From: a virus
Lineage: Duplodnaviria; Heunggongvirae; Uroviricota; Caudoviricetes
IMG/VR virus record: IMGVR_UViG_2922289487_000003
Span: 1-33,730 of that record
DNA length: 33,730 bases
Direction: 5' to 3' (one strand)
Numbering within the stretch: position 1 is the stretch's first letter; every line of letters begins with the position of its first letter. Shown here piece after piece: positions 8,943-18,189 of the stretch. The notes under the pieces are model-generated. The model was given only the letters and a program-made list of their open reading frames with translations, did not search any database and was not told the DNA's origin. The position numbers were made by a program, and so were the translations under genes.

Positions 8943-10720
8943 CCAGTCCTACCTATCCTTGTGTAACCTACATCATGGTTAACATCTATACCTGAGGAAC
9001 GGCTATCAGTAACACTCATTCCTTGTGGAGCACCTTTGAATTCAACGGTGATGGTTCCTTTCGGTTGAGTCGCCGTTCCCTGCTTGATCTGATAAGGGTT
9101 ATATCCTGAACTAGCCACCCCTGTACCATACGCGCCGTAACCACCGGCTCCCCACTGCGCGGCGTTTGCGGCAGCGACCGTATCACTGGCACTATCAGTA
9201 AACCACTCGATAATAGGCTTGAGTTTGTCCCACATGTCCTGAAACCATTTAACTATAGGTCCCCAGTTGTTAATAATGAGCCCAAGTGGGGACCAGTCGA
9301 ATACCTTTTTGAGTATTCCCCATCCAGTTTCAAAATAAGGACCAACCGTATCCCATAGCTTTTTAAAATATGGCCCAATAACATCCCAGTTAGAAATAAT
9401 TAAACCAGCAGCCATGGCAATGCCAGTAGCGATCATACCGATTGGAGACATGGATAATACCCGGCTCACGATACCGATAGCACCTCCCACTCCCATAAAC
9501 CCCAGTTTTAAGACAGTCAATCCGGCAGCCAGCCCAAATGCCCCCCTTATAACTCGCGGATTCTCATCGGCAAACTTCGTGAAGCGCTCACCAAGATCCC
9601 CAAGCCATATTGTTATTCTTTTCGCATCACCAGAAAACGCGCTACCCATTGCTGCGAGACCGTTGGTGGCTGTGCCGGTCATTGCCTCCCAGAGGTTGGT
9701 TAATGTTCCAAGTTGGGCCTGAACACGGCTATTCAGGTTGGCCTGGCGGTTCATTTTTTGTTGAACCTGATCGTACCCATCCTTGCCTTTGTCGATCAGC
9801 GCGTTAACTACCTGTAGTGTTTCAGCATCATCGCCGAACAAAGCTTTCATTACCCCGGTACGCTTCACGTCTGACAGGCTTTTGAGCTTGGCTAATTGCT
9901 GGAATAAATTGTCCAGCCCGCCAAAACTGCCTTTACCGTCAGTAAAGTCCAGGTTAATTCCCAGCTTCTGACGCGCCAGCACCTTATTAACATCATTGAC
10001 CTTTTTGACACTGAGGCCTGCCTGAATGACTTTGCGTACGGCGTTACCTGCCGACTCGCCCTGCATGCCCATCTGGTCCATCATTACGCTGATCGGCGCC
10101 AGACCTTGCGCTGCTTTAAGCCCATCCTTATTTATCATCTGAAGCACGGAGCTGGTTTTTGTAAAAAACGACAGCATATTGGTATCGTCAACGCCCAGGT
10201 AAAAGGCTTTCTGGATCGTATCGAATAACCCCATCATGTCATCTGAGGCTGTGCCAGTTGCATCCTGCATCTTTGCCGCGAACTCAGCCGCAGCCTCCGG
10301 TGTTTTCTTCAACTGAACAGCCAGGTAAGCCGTGGCTTTACCTACTCCGCCGAGGATGTTTTCAGCGGGAATACCCTGCCGCACCAGCATCTGCATCATG
10401 TTCTGAAAGTCTGCCGTTGTACCAGGCAGCTGGTTACCCAGTCCGACTGCCAATTTATTGATGCTTTTGAAGCTTTTCCCGACCTCCCCATTCGCCTGCA
10501 TCATGGCAACCTTAAGGCCCGTAGCCGCGTTTTCCTGATCGGCGTACGTTTTCAGCGACAGTGTTAGCCCAGCAGCAAGCCCTGCGGCCATCCCAAGCCC
10601 ACCTTTCGAACTTGCCTCTGCCTGGCGTTTAAAACTACGGATGTTTTTTTGCATCCGAGAAAGCGCAGGAGAAAGCTTATCGACACCGGTGATGAGCGCT
10701 TTTAGTTCAAACTCAGCCAT
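8930..10720 (-). CDS. Tail tape measure protein (596 aa)
   Basis: Ala/Gly-rich helical sequence with NWD.IGP.F..LWD-type repeats; follows the tail chaperones. Confidence 0.88.
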   Translation of the reverse strand: MAEFELKALITGVDKLSPALSRMQKNIRSFKRQAEASSKGGLGMAAGLAAGLTLSLKTYADQENAATGLKVAMMQANGEVGKSFKSINKLAVGLGNQLPGTTADFQNMMQMLVRQGIPAENILGGVGKATAYLAVQLKKTPEAAAEFAAKMQDATGTASDDMMGLFDTIQKAFYLGVDDTNMLSFFTKTSSVLQMINKDGLKAAQGLAPISVMMDQMGMQGESAGNAVRKVIQAGLSVKKVNDVNKVLARQKLGINLDFTDGKGSFGGLDNLFQQLAKLKSLSDVKRTGVMKALFGDDAETLQVVNALIDKGKDGYDQVQQKMNRQANLNSRVQAQLGTLTNLWEAMTGTATNGLAAMGSAFSGDAKRITIWLGDLGERFTKFADENPRVIRGAFGLAAGLTVLKLGFMGVGGAIGIVSRVLSMSPIGMIATGIAMAAGLIISNWDVIGPYFKKLWDTVGPYFETGWGILKKVFDWSPLGLIINNWGPIVKWFQDMWDKLKPIIEWFTDSASDTVAAANAAQWGAGGYGAYGTGVASSGYNPYQIKQGTATQPKGTITVEFKGAPQGMSVTDSRSSGIDVNHDVGYTRIGRTGMGG

Positions 10721-10880
10721 TGATCCGCTTCTCCTCTTCTATCCTGTTTGCCTGGCTGACCAGTAAAGGGATCTCACTGATTGGCTTGTTCAGTAATTCA
10801 AAAGGGTTAATGCGCCAGTAACTGGCGCAGTCAAAATAGCGATCAGTGAGATATTCCGCCGTCAGCCCTGGAGGAAAAAA
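10713..10880 (-). CDS. -1 frameshift extension of the tail assembly chaperone (gpGT-like C-terminal part)
   Basis: Open -1 frame entered at the slippery site T TTT TTC (10880-10874); it ends overlapping the tape measure start. Confidence 0.75.
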   Translation of the reverse strand, partial: FFPPGLTAEYLTDRYFDCASYWRINPFELLNKPISEIPLLVSQANRIEEEKRING

Positions 10881-11131
10881 CCAGCCACCAGCCAACCAGC
10901 AGCATTTAGATCACCAGGAGACATCTGGTCAACGGTGCTTAGCGGCACATTTGCCAGCCGGACAATATATTTCGCGATGATGTGCGCCTGGAGTTTGATC
11001 GACTCGTCCTGGTTCATCTGATAGGGATAACCCAACTCGCGGACATCTTTCCCCGTCGGCTCGTTAAACTCCAGGACACTGAGCGTTTCGCCGTGTGCAG
11101 TGATCGGGTGACCTAGTTCAAGTTCCTGCAT
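10862..11131 (-). CDS. Tail assembly chaperone, Mu gp41-like (89 aa)
   Basis: Lies between tube and tape measure genes; EPTGKDVRELGYPY motif and terminal GFF slippery codons. Confidence 0.85.
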   Translation of the reverse strand: MQELELGHPITAHGETLSVLEFNEPTGKDVRELGYPYQMNQDESIKLQAHIIAKYIVRLANVPLSTVDQMSPGDLNAAGWLVAGFFLQG

Positions 11132-11487
11132 TACTGGTAATCTCCTTCTTCACCGTGAAATTCAAGATCCACCGTGCCTTCTTCAGCATTATGGTTTGCT
11201 TCTCCATGCAGCCAGGCAGACGACAGAACATAGACCTGACCATTCGCCAGTTCGGCGGTAATCGTCATCTGATCTGCTGTTGTAATTTTGCTGACGGGAA
11301 AATCCTTCGGTACCTTGTAAGTACCCTTAACATAAGGCGCGCGGTGCGTCTCTTTGCGATCCACTGAACCATCCAGCCCAATGACATCATCATTGACCTT
11401 CGTGTTCATCGGCACCTCAATGCCGCCGGTCATTGATAGCTGCTGACCGTCTACTTTGAAATAACAGGTACCACCAATCTTCGCCAT
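11131..11487 (-). CDS. Tail tube protein, Mu gpM-like (118 aa)
   Basis: IGGTCYFKVDGQQL; directly after the sheath gene. Confidence 0.88.
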   Translation of the reverse strand: MAKIGGTCYFKVDGQQLSMTGGIEVPMNTKVNDDVIGLDGSVDRKETHRAPYVKGTYKVPKDFPVSKITTADQMTITAELANGQVYVLSSAWLHGEANHNAEEGTVDLEFHGEEGDYQ

Positions 11488-12983
11488 TATGCGGCCTCCT
11501 CTGGATACTGAAGACGGAACTGGTTAACCACTGCAAAGACGCGCAACTGGTTGACATAATCAGGTGGGAACAGCGTGTTCAGGCGGTTCGGATCATTAGC
11601 ATCACGCTCAACAATCAGGTACTTCTTGAAGAGCTCATAATTTTCAACGATGCCCGCACGTTCCAGCTGGCGATACGTTGCCAGTAACTCACCTTTGATG
11701 ACCGACGGCGTCACAATTGCCTGACCGGGGCCAAAACGGGTACCGTCGTTCGCCAGTTTATGACGGCCGTATTTACTGGTAATCACTGACTTGAGGCGGC
11801 GCAGAACGTATGCGCTGGTATGCAGGGTTTCACTGTCAAGATAACTGTTATCCGCAGAACCATACGCGTTTTTCTTATACGTGGTGACGTCGCGCTGAAC
11901 GCGCAGAATGCCGCTTTCAACATATGCGGTAGCGACACCATGCGACAAAAGAGACTGCTGCTCTGTCATGGTAAAGCGCTTGCCCTTCGGGGCTGGCAAC
12001 ATTCCAACCAGTTCCCCGGTCTGTGTCGGTCGTGCCGGATCATTCCGGATGAATACCGCAGCACGAGCGGTGCGACTTGCCGCCAGTTCATCGGCAGGCG
12101 TCTGAGTCTCCTTTTCGTAACCGGCCAGGGTAATATGCTGAAGATTGAACATATCTCCGGCGGTAACCAGCTCGGAAAGTGTACCCAGTTTGGCTGTGTA
12201 CACATGGCCATATAACTGGCGGGCATAACTCCAGCGACCGCTGGTATCGTTCATTTCGTTCGACAGCGTGTTCACAGAAGCCGCATCATTGAAAGGATGA
12301 CCGATATAGTCAAACGGTTCATCGGCCATCGCCGCGATCGTTCCGGTAAGTACCGGCGCACCGGTTCCTGCCGTACCAGAGGCCACTGCAATCTGAATAC
12401 CTGCCGGAAGCACCTCACCACCACCAAAACCGTAATAATTCAGAGATACCGGAATTTCATTACCGCACAAACCTTTATGGCGAGCGGTCAGTGTGACCAC
12501 GCCAGCGGCCGCAGCAGAGGTAAACGGAAGGTCAGCATTGGCATTGATTGCTGCACTGATCGCAGTAGCAACGGCGGCAACATCATCCCCATTGATTACT
12601 GCAGCCTGCACACGGGTGCGTCCGATATAAAGATTCACTGTACCGGTTTCCGTCGCGGCGCCTGTCACTGTAATCGTTACAGTCGCGGCAGCACCTGTGG
12701 CTTCCGGTACCGCAATAATGTACAACTCGCCAAACGGATCGGTTTCGCGGTATGCGGTAACCATGCGGGCTAGCTGGCTACCCGGACCGCAAATCTGACG
12801 CGCATAATCTTTAGAAGGCATCAGGATCAGACTTTCCTTCTCAATCGTCGCGTCCGCATTGGCGTAGCCGATCAAAAGAGCAGGACCGGAATCCTGGGTG
12901 GTATTCGCCGCCGAGCTATCCATTTCCGCATAAAACAGCGGTACCAGCGTGCTCGATGGGATGGTGTTCATACTAATCGTCAT
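11487..12983 (-). CDS. Contractile tail sheath, Mu gpL-like (498 aa)
   Basis: LVPLFYAEMD, GSQLARM, DPARPTQT and LFPPDYVNQLRVFA motifs. Confidence 0.92.
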   Translation of the reverse strand: MTISMNTIPSSTLVPLFYAEMDSSAANTTQDSGPALLIGYANADATIEKESLILMPSKDYARQICGPGSQLARMVTAYRETDPFGELYIIAVPEATGAAATVTITVTGAATETGTVNLYIGRTRVQAAVINGDDVAAVATAISAAINANADLPFTSAAAAGVVTLTARHKGLCGNEIPVSLNYYGFGGGEVLPAGIQIAVASGTAGTGAPVLTGTIAAMADEPFDYIGHPFNDAASVNTLSNEMNDTSGRWSYARQLYGHVYTAKLGTLSELVTAGDMFNLQHITLAGYEKETQTPADELAASRTARAAVFIRNDPARPTQTGELVGMLPAPKGKRFTMTEQQSLLSHGVATAYVESGILRVQRDVTTYKKNAYGSADNSYLDSETLHTSAYVLRRLKSVITSKYGRHKLANDGTRFGPGQAIVTPSVIKGELLATYRQLERAGIVENYELFKKYLIVERDANDPNRLNTLFPPDYVNQLRVFAVVNQFRLQYPEEAA

Positions 12984-13137
12984 TGGCTTTCACCTTTTTA
13001 TTAACGCGCCGAACATCACCAGCCGCGACGCGCCGCAGCCAGTAGTTATTCTCTTCAACATTTCGCCCTTCAGAGGGCAAAAGGTCGCCTCGGGCAGGGT
13101 CAGGAACTGACCGCCCTTTTGCGGGTTTTACAAACAT
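12973..13137 (-). CDS. Small DUF2635-like protein (54 aa; below the ORF-track cutoff)
   Basis: Manual translation MFVKPAKGRSVPDPARGDLLPSEGRNVEENNYWLRRVAAGDV...; RBS GAGAGG; usual position before the sheath gene. Confidence 0.75.
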   Translation of the reverse strand: MFVKPAKGRSVPDPARGDLLPSEGRNVEENNYWLRRVAAGDVRRVNKKVKANDD

Positions 13138-13145
13138 ATGGCCTC

Positions 13146-13706
13146 TCAGGAAGGGAGATTTATTTCAGTGTGAAGCTCAATATCACCATCAGGACCACTC
13201 CCCGGATCAATAAAGTCCACATCAATGGAAAGCGTTCTGAATTCATCAAGGCTATTAAGCTCATCCTGTTGACGCGTATCATCCTCAGTCAGCTCATTCT
13301 CAACAGTGAAATCGAACTGATAGCTGAGTTCGTGGCGATTCACATCCAGCAATGTTCCACCGGCATAGGTGACAGGGTTTCCACGCTCCTCCGGATTCCA
13401 TCCGAGAAGTGCTTTGAACAACACCTGCCGGATGTCGTGAACCACATCGTATGATGCGAACTGCCCTCGCTCATCCCGGCCATTACTGACAAAAACAATC
13501 ACCGAGAAACTCTCGGTAAGATCCTGCCAGTAATCTGTCTGGCTTTTTTGCTCTCCGGGGGAATCATCACCGGGAACAACATATGCCGCCGGGAGTCGCA
13601 TTTTTCCGATTTCAGGCAGATCTTTAAACTGAGCAGCACCGGCTATACGGTTCTCAAAAACGGGGCAGTTTGCCCGTAGTGTTGCAATGATGGGTGAAAG
13701 TTTCAT
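13146..13706 (-). CDS. Putative tail terminator/completion protein (186 aa)
   Basis: Position between neck genes and sheath; LPAAYVVP motif. Confidence 0.65.
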   Translation of the reverse strand: MKLSPIIATLRANCPVFENRIAGAAQFKDLPEIGKMRLPAAYVVPGDDSPGEQKSQTDYWQDLTESFSVIVFVSNGRDERGQFASYDVVHDIRQVLFKALLGWNPEERGNPVTYAGGTLLDVNRHELSYQFDFTVENELTEDDTRQQDELNSLDEFRTLSIDVDFIDPGSGPDGDIELHTEINLPS

Positions 13707-14209
13707 CAGCGGCGTTTCTCCGGCTTAAGTGACTGACGCAACTCACGGGCAAGGTAGTACCGCGTCCACGGACTGTTTTTTTGCAGTGTCTCAACCATGA
13801 AGTTATTACGCGGAGCAAGACGCCAGCCGCTACCGCCAGACGCTCCACGATGGTGACTACGCTGACGACGTGCACCGCCACGGACACCGTAGAAAAGAAA
13901 TGCCGGGTAAAAGTCACCGGTGATCATTCTGTTTCCCTGCCCGTTTCGCTGGTTTGGTGCAATACGGGTCATAAACCCCGGTCGTCGCCCGCTTGCTTTT
14001 GGCACCATATAGCCGATGGATTTCGCCAGTCGACCAGTCTGGTAACCAGGGTTTTCACCACCTTCTGATCGCCCACGACGCATTACCAGCCGGCGCGCAT
14101 CACGCATGTGCCTCTGCCCGATATGGACAAACGCCCGCCGCACCCGCGCGCGGTTGAAGCGCATTTCCTTTGGTTGCTGAAAATCAACGTGTAAAAAGGG
14201 TTGTGCCAT
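13706..14209 (-). CDS. Putative neck/tail-completion protein, HK97 gp10-like
   Basis: Basic protein with PGYQTGRLAKSI and RLAPRNNFM motifs. Start placed at MAQPFL. Confidence 0.65.
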   Translation of the reverse strand: MAQPFLHVDFQQPKEMRFNRARVRRAFVHIGQRHMRDARRLVMRRGRSEGGENPGYQTGRLAKSIGYMVPKASGRRPGFMTRIAPNQRNGQGNRMITGDFYPAFLFYGVRGGARRQRSHHRGASGGSGWRLAPRNNFMVETLQKNSPWTRYYLARELRQSLKPEKRR

Positions 14210-14597
14210 TACCGCTCCCTCCGGTTGATGCTGGCTCCGCGCCCAGTACAGTGCATTCAAGCAACAGGAACCGCCGCTTGCTGTTCAGGTCCCGAACCCG
14301 CTTAACGCGATAAACCTCATCCCCCTGCACCACCTCAAAATCGCTGGTAATCCCCCGGCGATAACGCAAAGTGATGTAGTGAGTGATGGCATTATCCGTC
14401 TGGGCTGTCTCCTGGTATGTGGTCGCGCTGGTCTGTACCACCTTCGCCCACGCTTTAAACGAAATGGGGTAAACCGGCATTGTGCCAAGGTCATCAGAAG
14501 GTGAGTCAACCCGCTGACGGATAAGCACCCGTTTATCAAGTTCCCCGGGGTCTGGCAGCAGATAAGTTGCGCTGGTCTGCGCTTGTCGTAGCTTCAT
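14184..14597 (-). CDS. Head closure / head-tail adaptor (137 aa)
   Basis: PGELDKRVLI, WAKV and THYITLRYRRGI motifs (SPP1 gp16-like). Confidence 0.82.
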   Translation of the reverse strand: MKLRQAQTSATYLLPDPGELDKRVLIRQRVDSPSDDLGTMPVYPISFKAWAKVVQTSATTYQETAQTDNAITHYITLRYRRGITSDFEVVQGDEVYRVKRVRDLNSKRRFLLLECTVLGAEPASTGGSGNGTTLFTR

Positions 14598-14917
14598 AGC
14601 GGAATAAACCTGTATGGCCCAACCAGCCAGTTATACGCCAACGGCATTTCGCTCTTTTCAACTTCACTGACCGAAGACCGGTTTTCATAGTAATGAGTCA
14701 ACAGCAGGAGCATTCCAAGTCTTACATCATCAGTCAGAACCAGTCCTTCTGAATCTTCCTCCGGAATGGCTTCATCTTTCTCGTATAGTTTACGGTTCAA
14801 AAATGATTCTGTTCGCGCCTGAACCGCGCTACCAAGCAGTTCGAGAAAAGGATCCTCATCAGTAAAATCTTCATCCAGCCGCAGCTGCGCCTTGATTTCT
14901 GGGAGTGTCAGCAGCAT
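14594..14917 (-). CDS. Head-tail connector, HK97 gp6-like (107 aa)
   Basis: LPEIKAQLRLD, FLNRKLY and LLLLTHYYENRS motifs; RBS GGAGA before the ATG at 14917. Confidence 0.85.
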   Translation of the reverse strand: MLLTLPEIKAQLRLDEDFTDEDPFLELLGSAVQARTESFLNRKLYEKDEAIPEEDSEGLVLTDDVRLGMLLLLTHYYENRSSVSEVEKSEMPLAYNWLVGPYRFIPL

Positions 14918-14928
14918 AGATATCTCCA

Positions 14929-14969
14929 TGCCCGCCAGACGGCGGGCATAAAAAAACCGCTTTCGCGGT
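14929..14969 (-). terminator. Rho-independent terminator after the capsid gene, plus a second hairpin
   Basis: Minus strand ACCGC-gaaa-GCGGT-T-tract (14969-14950), then TGCCCGCC-gtct-GGCGGGCA just before the connector RBS. Confidence 0.75.
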
Positions 14970-14991
14970 ACTGGTTACATCAGGTTTTCGG

Positions 14992-16215
14992 TTATGCCGG
15001 CTTGCCCACCAGCGCTTTGATGGCTGCCACGTCTTCAAGGACACAGTCAAAACGGTGAAATGCCAGGAATGCTGTTTGATCGTACTCAGCATAACGTTCA
15101 ACCAGGCGCTTCAGCGTCATATAGGTGATACGACGAATAATGAAGCGGTCGAAGTCACCGAGAAACGCGAATTTCTTACCCGCAGCAATACCATCAATAG
15201 CCTGGTCAATAACATACGGGATATTCAGGATCGTTGCCGGGGTGCCGCCTGCGACATCCGGTAACCACAGTGGGCGATTCTGACCATCTACCATTTCTTC
15301 AATCACCTGAAGGGTCGAATCATTAAATGCCCAGCGGTATTTAGGGCCACCACGGTAAGCCGGATCAATAGCATGTTTCAGCTTGTTCATTTCCTGCCAG
15401 GTGAATGTTGCGGCAGCAGCAGTATTTACAGTACCGGTGACCGACGCGACCAGGCCTTTAGGCTGTACCGGTGTACCTGCGCCGGTTCCCTGAACAATAT
15501 ATTTGGCTTCACCGCGCCCAATTCGCTGGCCAATACGCGCAGCCAGGTACGCTTCGATATCAACACCACTATCCTGTAAAAGCTCATTGGATACACGGAT
15601 GATTTTGGACGACAACTTTTTAGCGCCCAGAGTCGCAGTGCCGAAACTTACATCCTCTTCAGATGCTTCGGTGTTTTCACCCAGGAGTTCGCCTTCTTCC
15701 GCAGTACCGTCGGAGGTCGACCAGGTAATATCCTGACCATTCGAAGTATTGAGGATCTGCGCCACGCTGGCGATTCCACCATAGGCTTTCATCGAGTCGA
15801 CGATTTTATTCAACATCTGCGTCGGTACGGTGTAACCACCTTTAGCGTCCGGCGTCGTACCCTGGGCCCGCAGCTCTTTAACTGCCTGACGCTCTTCAGC
15901 GGACAGTTCGCTGAAGCCGTGACGCAGGAACTTATCAAACGCCGCGGCGCGACGCTCAGCACTTTGCTCTTCCGGTGTATTGTTACGTTGCTGCCGACGT
16001 TGCTCATCCTCATGATCTTCAACGTGTGCCTGATCGAGGCGACGCAGTTCCTCCAGACGCCCGATTTGTTCATCAAGTGCATCCAGTTCAGACTTTGCGG
16101 CGTTCCACTGAGTACGCTGCTCATCAGTCCAGGTCGCATCACCAATTTTTTCGTGCAGCGCACGCATATCAGTAGCGATGGTGTTACGTTTTTGCTTCAG
16201 TTCGTGCAGTTTCAT
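14992..16215 (-). CDS. Major capsid protein, HK97 fold with delta domain (407 aa)
   Basis: Coiled-coil N-terminus, GGYTVPT, and FLAFHRFDC C-terminus. Confidence 0.93.
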   Translation of the reverse strand: MKLHELKQKRNTIATDMRALHEKIGDATWTDEQRTQWNAAKSELDALDEQIGRLEELRRLDQAHVEDHEDEQRRQQRNNTPEEQSAERRAAAFDKFLRHGFSELSAEERQAVKELRAQGTTPDAKGGYTVPTQMLNKIVDSMKAYGGIASVAQILNTSNGQDITWSTSDGTAEEGELLGENTEASEEDVSFGTATLGAKKLSSKIIRVSNELLQDSGVDIEAYLAARIGQRIGRGEAKYIVQGTGAGTPVQPKGLVASVTGTVNTAAAATFTWQEMNKLKHAIDPAYRGGPKYRWAFNDSTLQVIEEMVDGQNRPLWLPDVAGGTPATILNIPYVIDQAIDGIAAGKKFAFLGDFDRFIIRRITYMTLKRLVERYAEYDQTAFLAFHRFDCVLEDVAAIKALVGKPA

Positions 16216-16224
16216 GTTTTTTCC

Positions 16225-16827
16225 TTACGCGTTAAGAAGATTCAGCAGGCGCTCACGCGCCATTCGTTGATTAATGGCTTGCGCCAGCGCGCCACTGTCG
16301 CGCGCCTCCTGCCAGGCTTTCATTGAGCGGACGGCGGAATCTGCCTCCTGGTACGCCGGATATGTCACAGGGCTGACATCCAGCAGACGGGAAAAGCGGG
16401 TAATTTCCCGGATAACGACGCCGTCATCATCCTGGTACCACTCCTCGCCATCTCGGGCGACGCGAAAAGCAAAAGAGGACTGGTTAATATCCCCGCGCTG
16501 CATCGGTGCCAGTACCAGATCGCGGATTGTCTGGGTTTCTGGCGCAGTGATGTCGTAGAGCAGGCCGCGTTCATCCACGGTCAGTGCCAGTGTGTTCGCG
16601 CGGGTGCGCCCGAGAATAAAATTTGGATCGTGGTTAAACAGCGCCCTGACATCGTCTTTCAGCACATCATCAAACGCACCGGGCCGGATAATTTCGCGAA
16701 ACGAACCAAAAATCAGTTCGGAACGGTTGTCAAAAACCGAACCGTAACCGATGATCCTGCTGGGTTCGCTGTCGTGCGTTTCAGCGCGCACCTCGCCGCT
16801 GTAACAGCGAATTTCTCGCTCACTCAT
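16225..16827 (-). CDS. Prohead protease, HK97 family (200 aa)
   Basis: ALFNHD, SSFAF and DVSPVTYPAY motifs. Start placed at MSEREIR. Confidence 0.92.
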   Translation of the reverse strand: MSEREIRCYSGEVRAETHDSEPSRIIGYGSVFDNRSELIFGSFREIIRPGAFDDVLKDDVRALFNHDPNFILGRTRANTLALTVDERGLLYDITAPETQTIRDLVLAPMQRGDINQSSFAFRVARDGEEWYQDDDGVVIREITRFSRLLDVSPVTYPAYQEADSAVRSMKAWQEARDSGALAQAINQRMARERLLNLLNA

Positions 16828-18037
16828 CTGGAGTGTTCTCCTGGGTTTTAGTTTGGGCTGGCTGGGAGGCGTTGACGCTGACCAGCATTTCATCAAGACC
16901 GTCTTTCGGGTTCATATCCTCAAAGGCGCGCGCCTCGTTGCGGCTCATCCATCCATCGGTAATGGCGAAGTGATAGAACTCCGCGCGCTCTTTTGCGGTA
17001 CCGCGCAACAGACCGGCCAGATTAAACCTGACGTAATATCCGGCCTGCCGTTCGGCACGGGTAAATAACCTGCGGTTAAGCTCCTGCTCCCAGTTCGTTA
17101 CCCACGGCATCATTGTGTAGCGGACAAACTGAATCGCCTGTTCGGATATGTTGGAGAAAGTGGCTTTTTCGAGGTCATTGATCATGTGCGCCGGCACGTT
17201 GAAAATCCCGGCAATCATTGAACGGTTGAGTTTCATCATATCGATGAGCTGGGCATCGACCGGAGAGACAGTCAGCGCCTTATAGTCCAGATCAGCCGGG
17301 ATAAGCATCGTCCTGTTTTCCTGGCTGCGCAGCATCGCTGTAGCTTTTTGCCACATCTCTTTCAGTCTTTTCCATGAGTTGTCATTCAACTCCCCTTTGA
17401 CTGAAACGATGCCCGCTGGCCTTGCATTACCGCTGAAAAAACTTTCCGTGTACTTCTGCCCGCTCATGCCCATTCCAATTGTTTCAGCGTGCTGCAGTAC
17501 CGGACTGAGCCCCGTTTTTTGATCATTGCCCAGCGCCCTGACGTGGATCATGTCGTCAGGATTAATGGCAAAGGAACCCTCTTCGTTATAAACACCGTAG
17601 GTATAACGTCCGCCGGTGTTGAGCAGCGTTGTTTCCCAGGGCATGCACGCTTCAAGCCCGGTCACTTCACCGGTCCGGCGGTGCCGGATTACCTGCGTGT
17701 AACCATTTCCCCAGCCCAGAATGTGCCGCTGCTTCAGCTCGCGCCATTTATAGCTGGTCTGCCAGGCGTTTGGTTCATCATGAACCAGGTAAAAAACGGG
17801 GTGATCGCGTGCGGTTTCAACCTTTTTCCCAGTGCGCCGCATGACGTGCAGGGGCATCTGCGCAACGTTGGACGAAATAACGTAGATACAGGCATACACC
17901 GCCGCCAGTTTCATTGCGGTCCGGGGATTAACGATCACGTCGCCGTTAAAAATGCCGTCATTTTCGGCGGCTTCAACTGTGATCGGAACTGCAGGGTTTT
18001 CCAGCGAGTTGCTTCTGAAAATGGCGTCAATCAGCAT
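16820..18037 (-). CDS. Portal protein, HK97 family (405 aa)
   Basis: AVYACI..IS..VAQMPL, IA.IFNVP.HMI and SRNEAR..EDM.P motifs. Start placed at MLIDAIF. Confidence 0.93.
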   Translation of the reverse strand: MLIDAIFRSNSLENPAVPITVEAAENDGIFNGDVIVNPRTAMKLAAVYACIYVISSNVAQMPLHVMRRTGKKVETARDHPVFYLVHDEPNAWQTSYKWRELKQRHILGWGNGYTQVIRHRRTGEVTGLEACMPWETTLLNTGGRYTYGVYNEEGSFAINPDDMIHVRALGNDQKTGLSPVLQHAETIGMGMSGQKYTESFFSGNARPAGIVSVKGELNDNSWKRLKEMWQKATAMLRSQENRTMLIPADLDYKALTVSPVDAQLIDMMKLNRSMIAGIFNVPAHMINDLEKATFSNISEQAIQFVRYTMMPWVTNWEQELNRRLFTRAERQAGYYVRFNLAGLLRGTAKERAEFYHFAITDGWMSRNEARAFEDMNPKDGLDEMLVSVNASQPAQTKTQENTPDE

Positions 18038-18189
18038 GATTTTATTCTCCTGGCGGCCAGCAACGCCCACATAAGCAGGCCACTACCACCAGCCATGAGA
18101 GCTATCGCTGCGCCAAATCTGAGGTAAACGCCTCCCACCAGTGCGCCAAAGCCTGCCAGCCCGGCCACATCGATAATTAGTGATTTCAC
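18031..18189 (-). CDS. Small hydrophobic protein between terL and portal (52 aa; not in the ORF track)
   Basis: GTG start overlapping the terL stop; translates to MKSLIIDVAGLAGFGALVGGVYLRFGAAIALMAGGSGLLMWALLAARRIKSC. Confidence 0.65.
   Translation of the reverse strand: MKSLIIDVAGLAGFGALVGGVYLRFGAAIALMAGGSGLLMWALLAARRIKSC

Noticed and set aside
17489-18127. Long plus-strand ORFs opposite structural genes (e.g. 17489-18127, 12297-12773, 11820-12215, 18936-19316, 26570-27049)
   Set aside because: They lie antisense to well-supported phage genes, show no recognisable motifs, and are expected shadows in GC-rich coding DNA.
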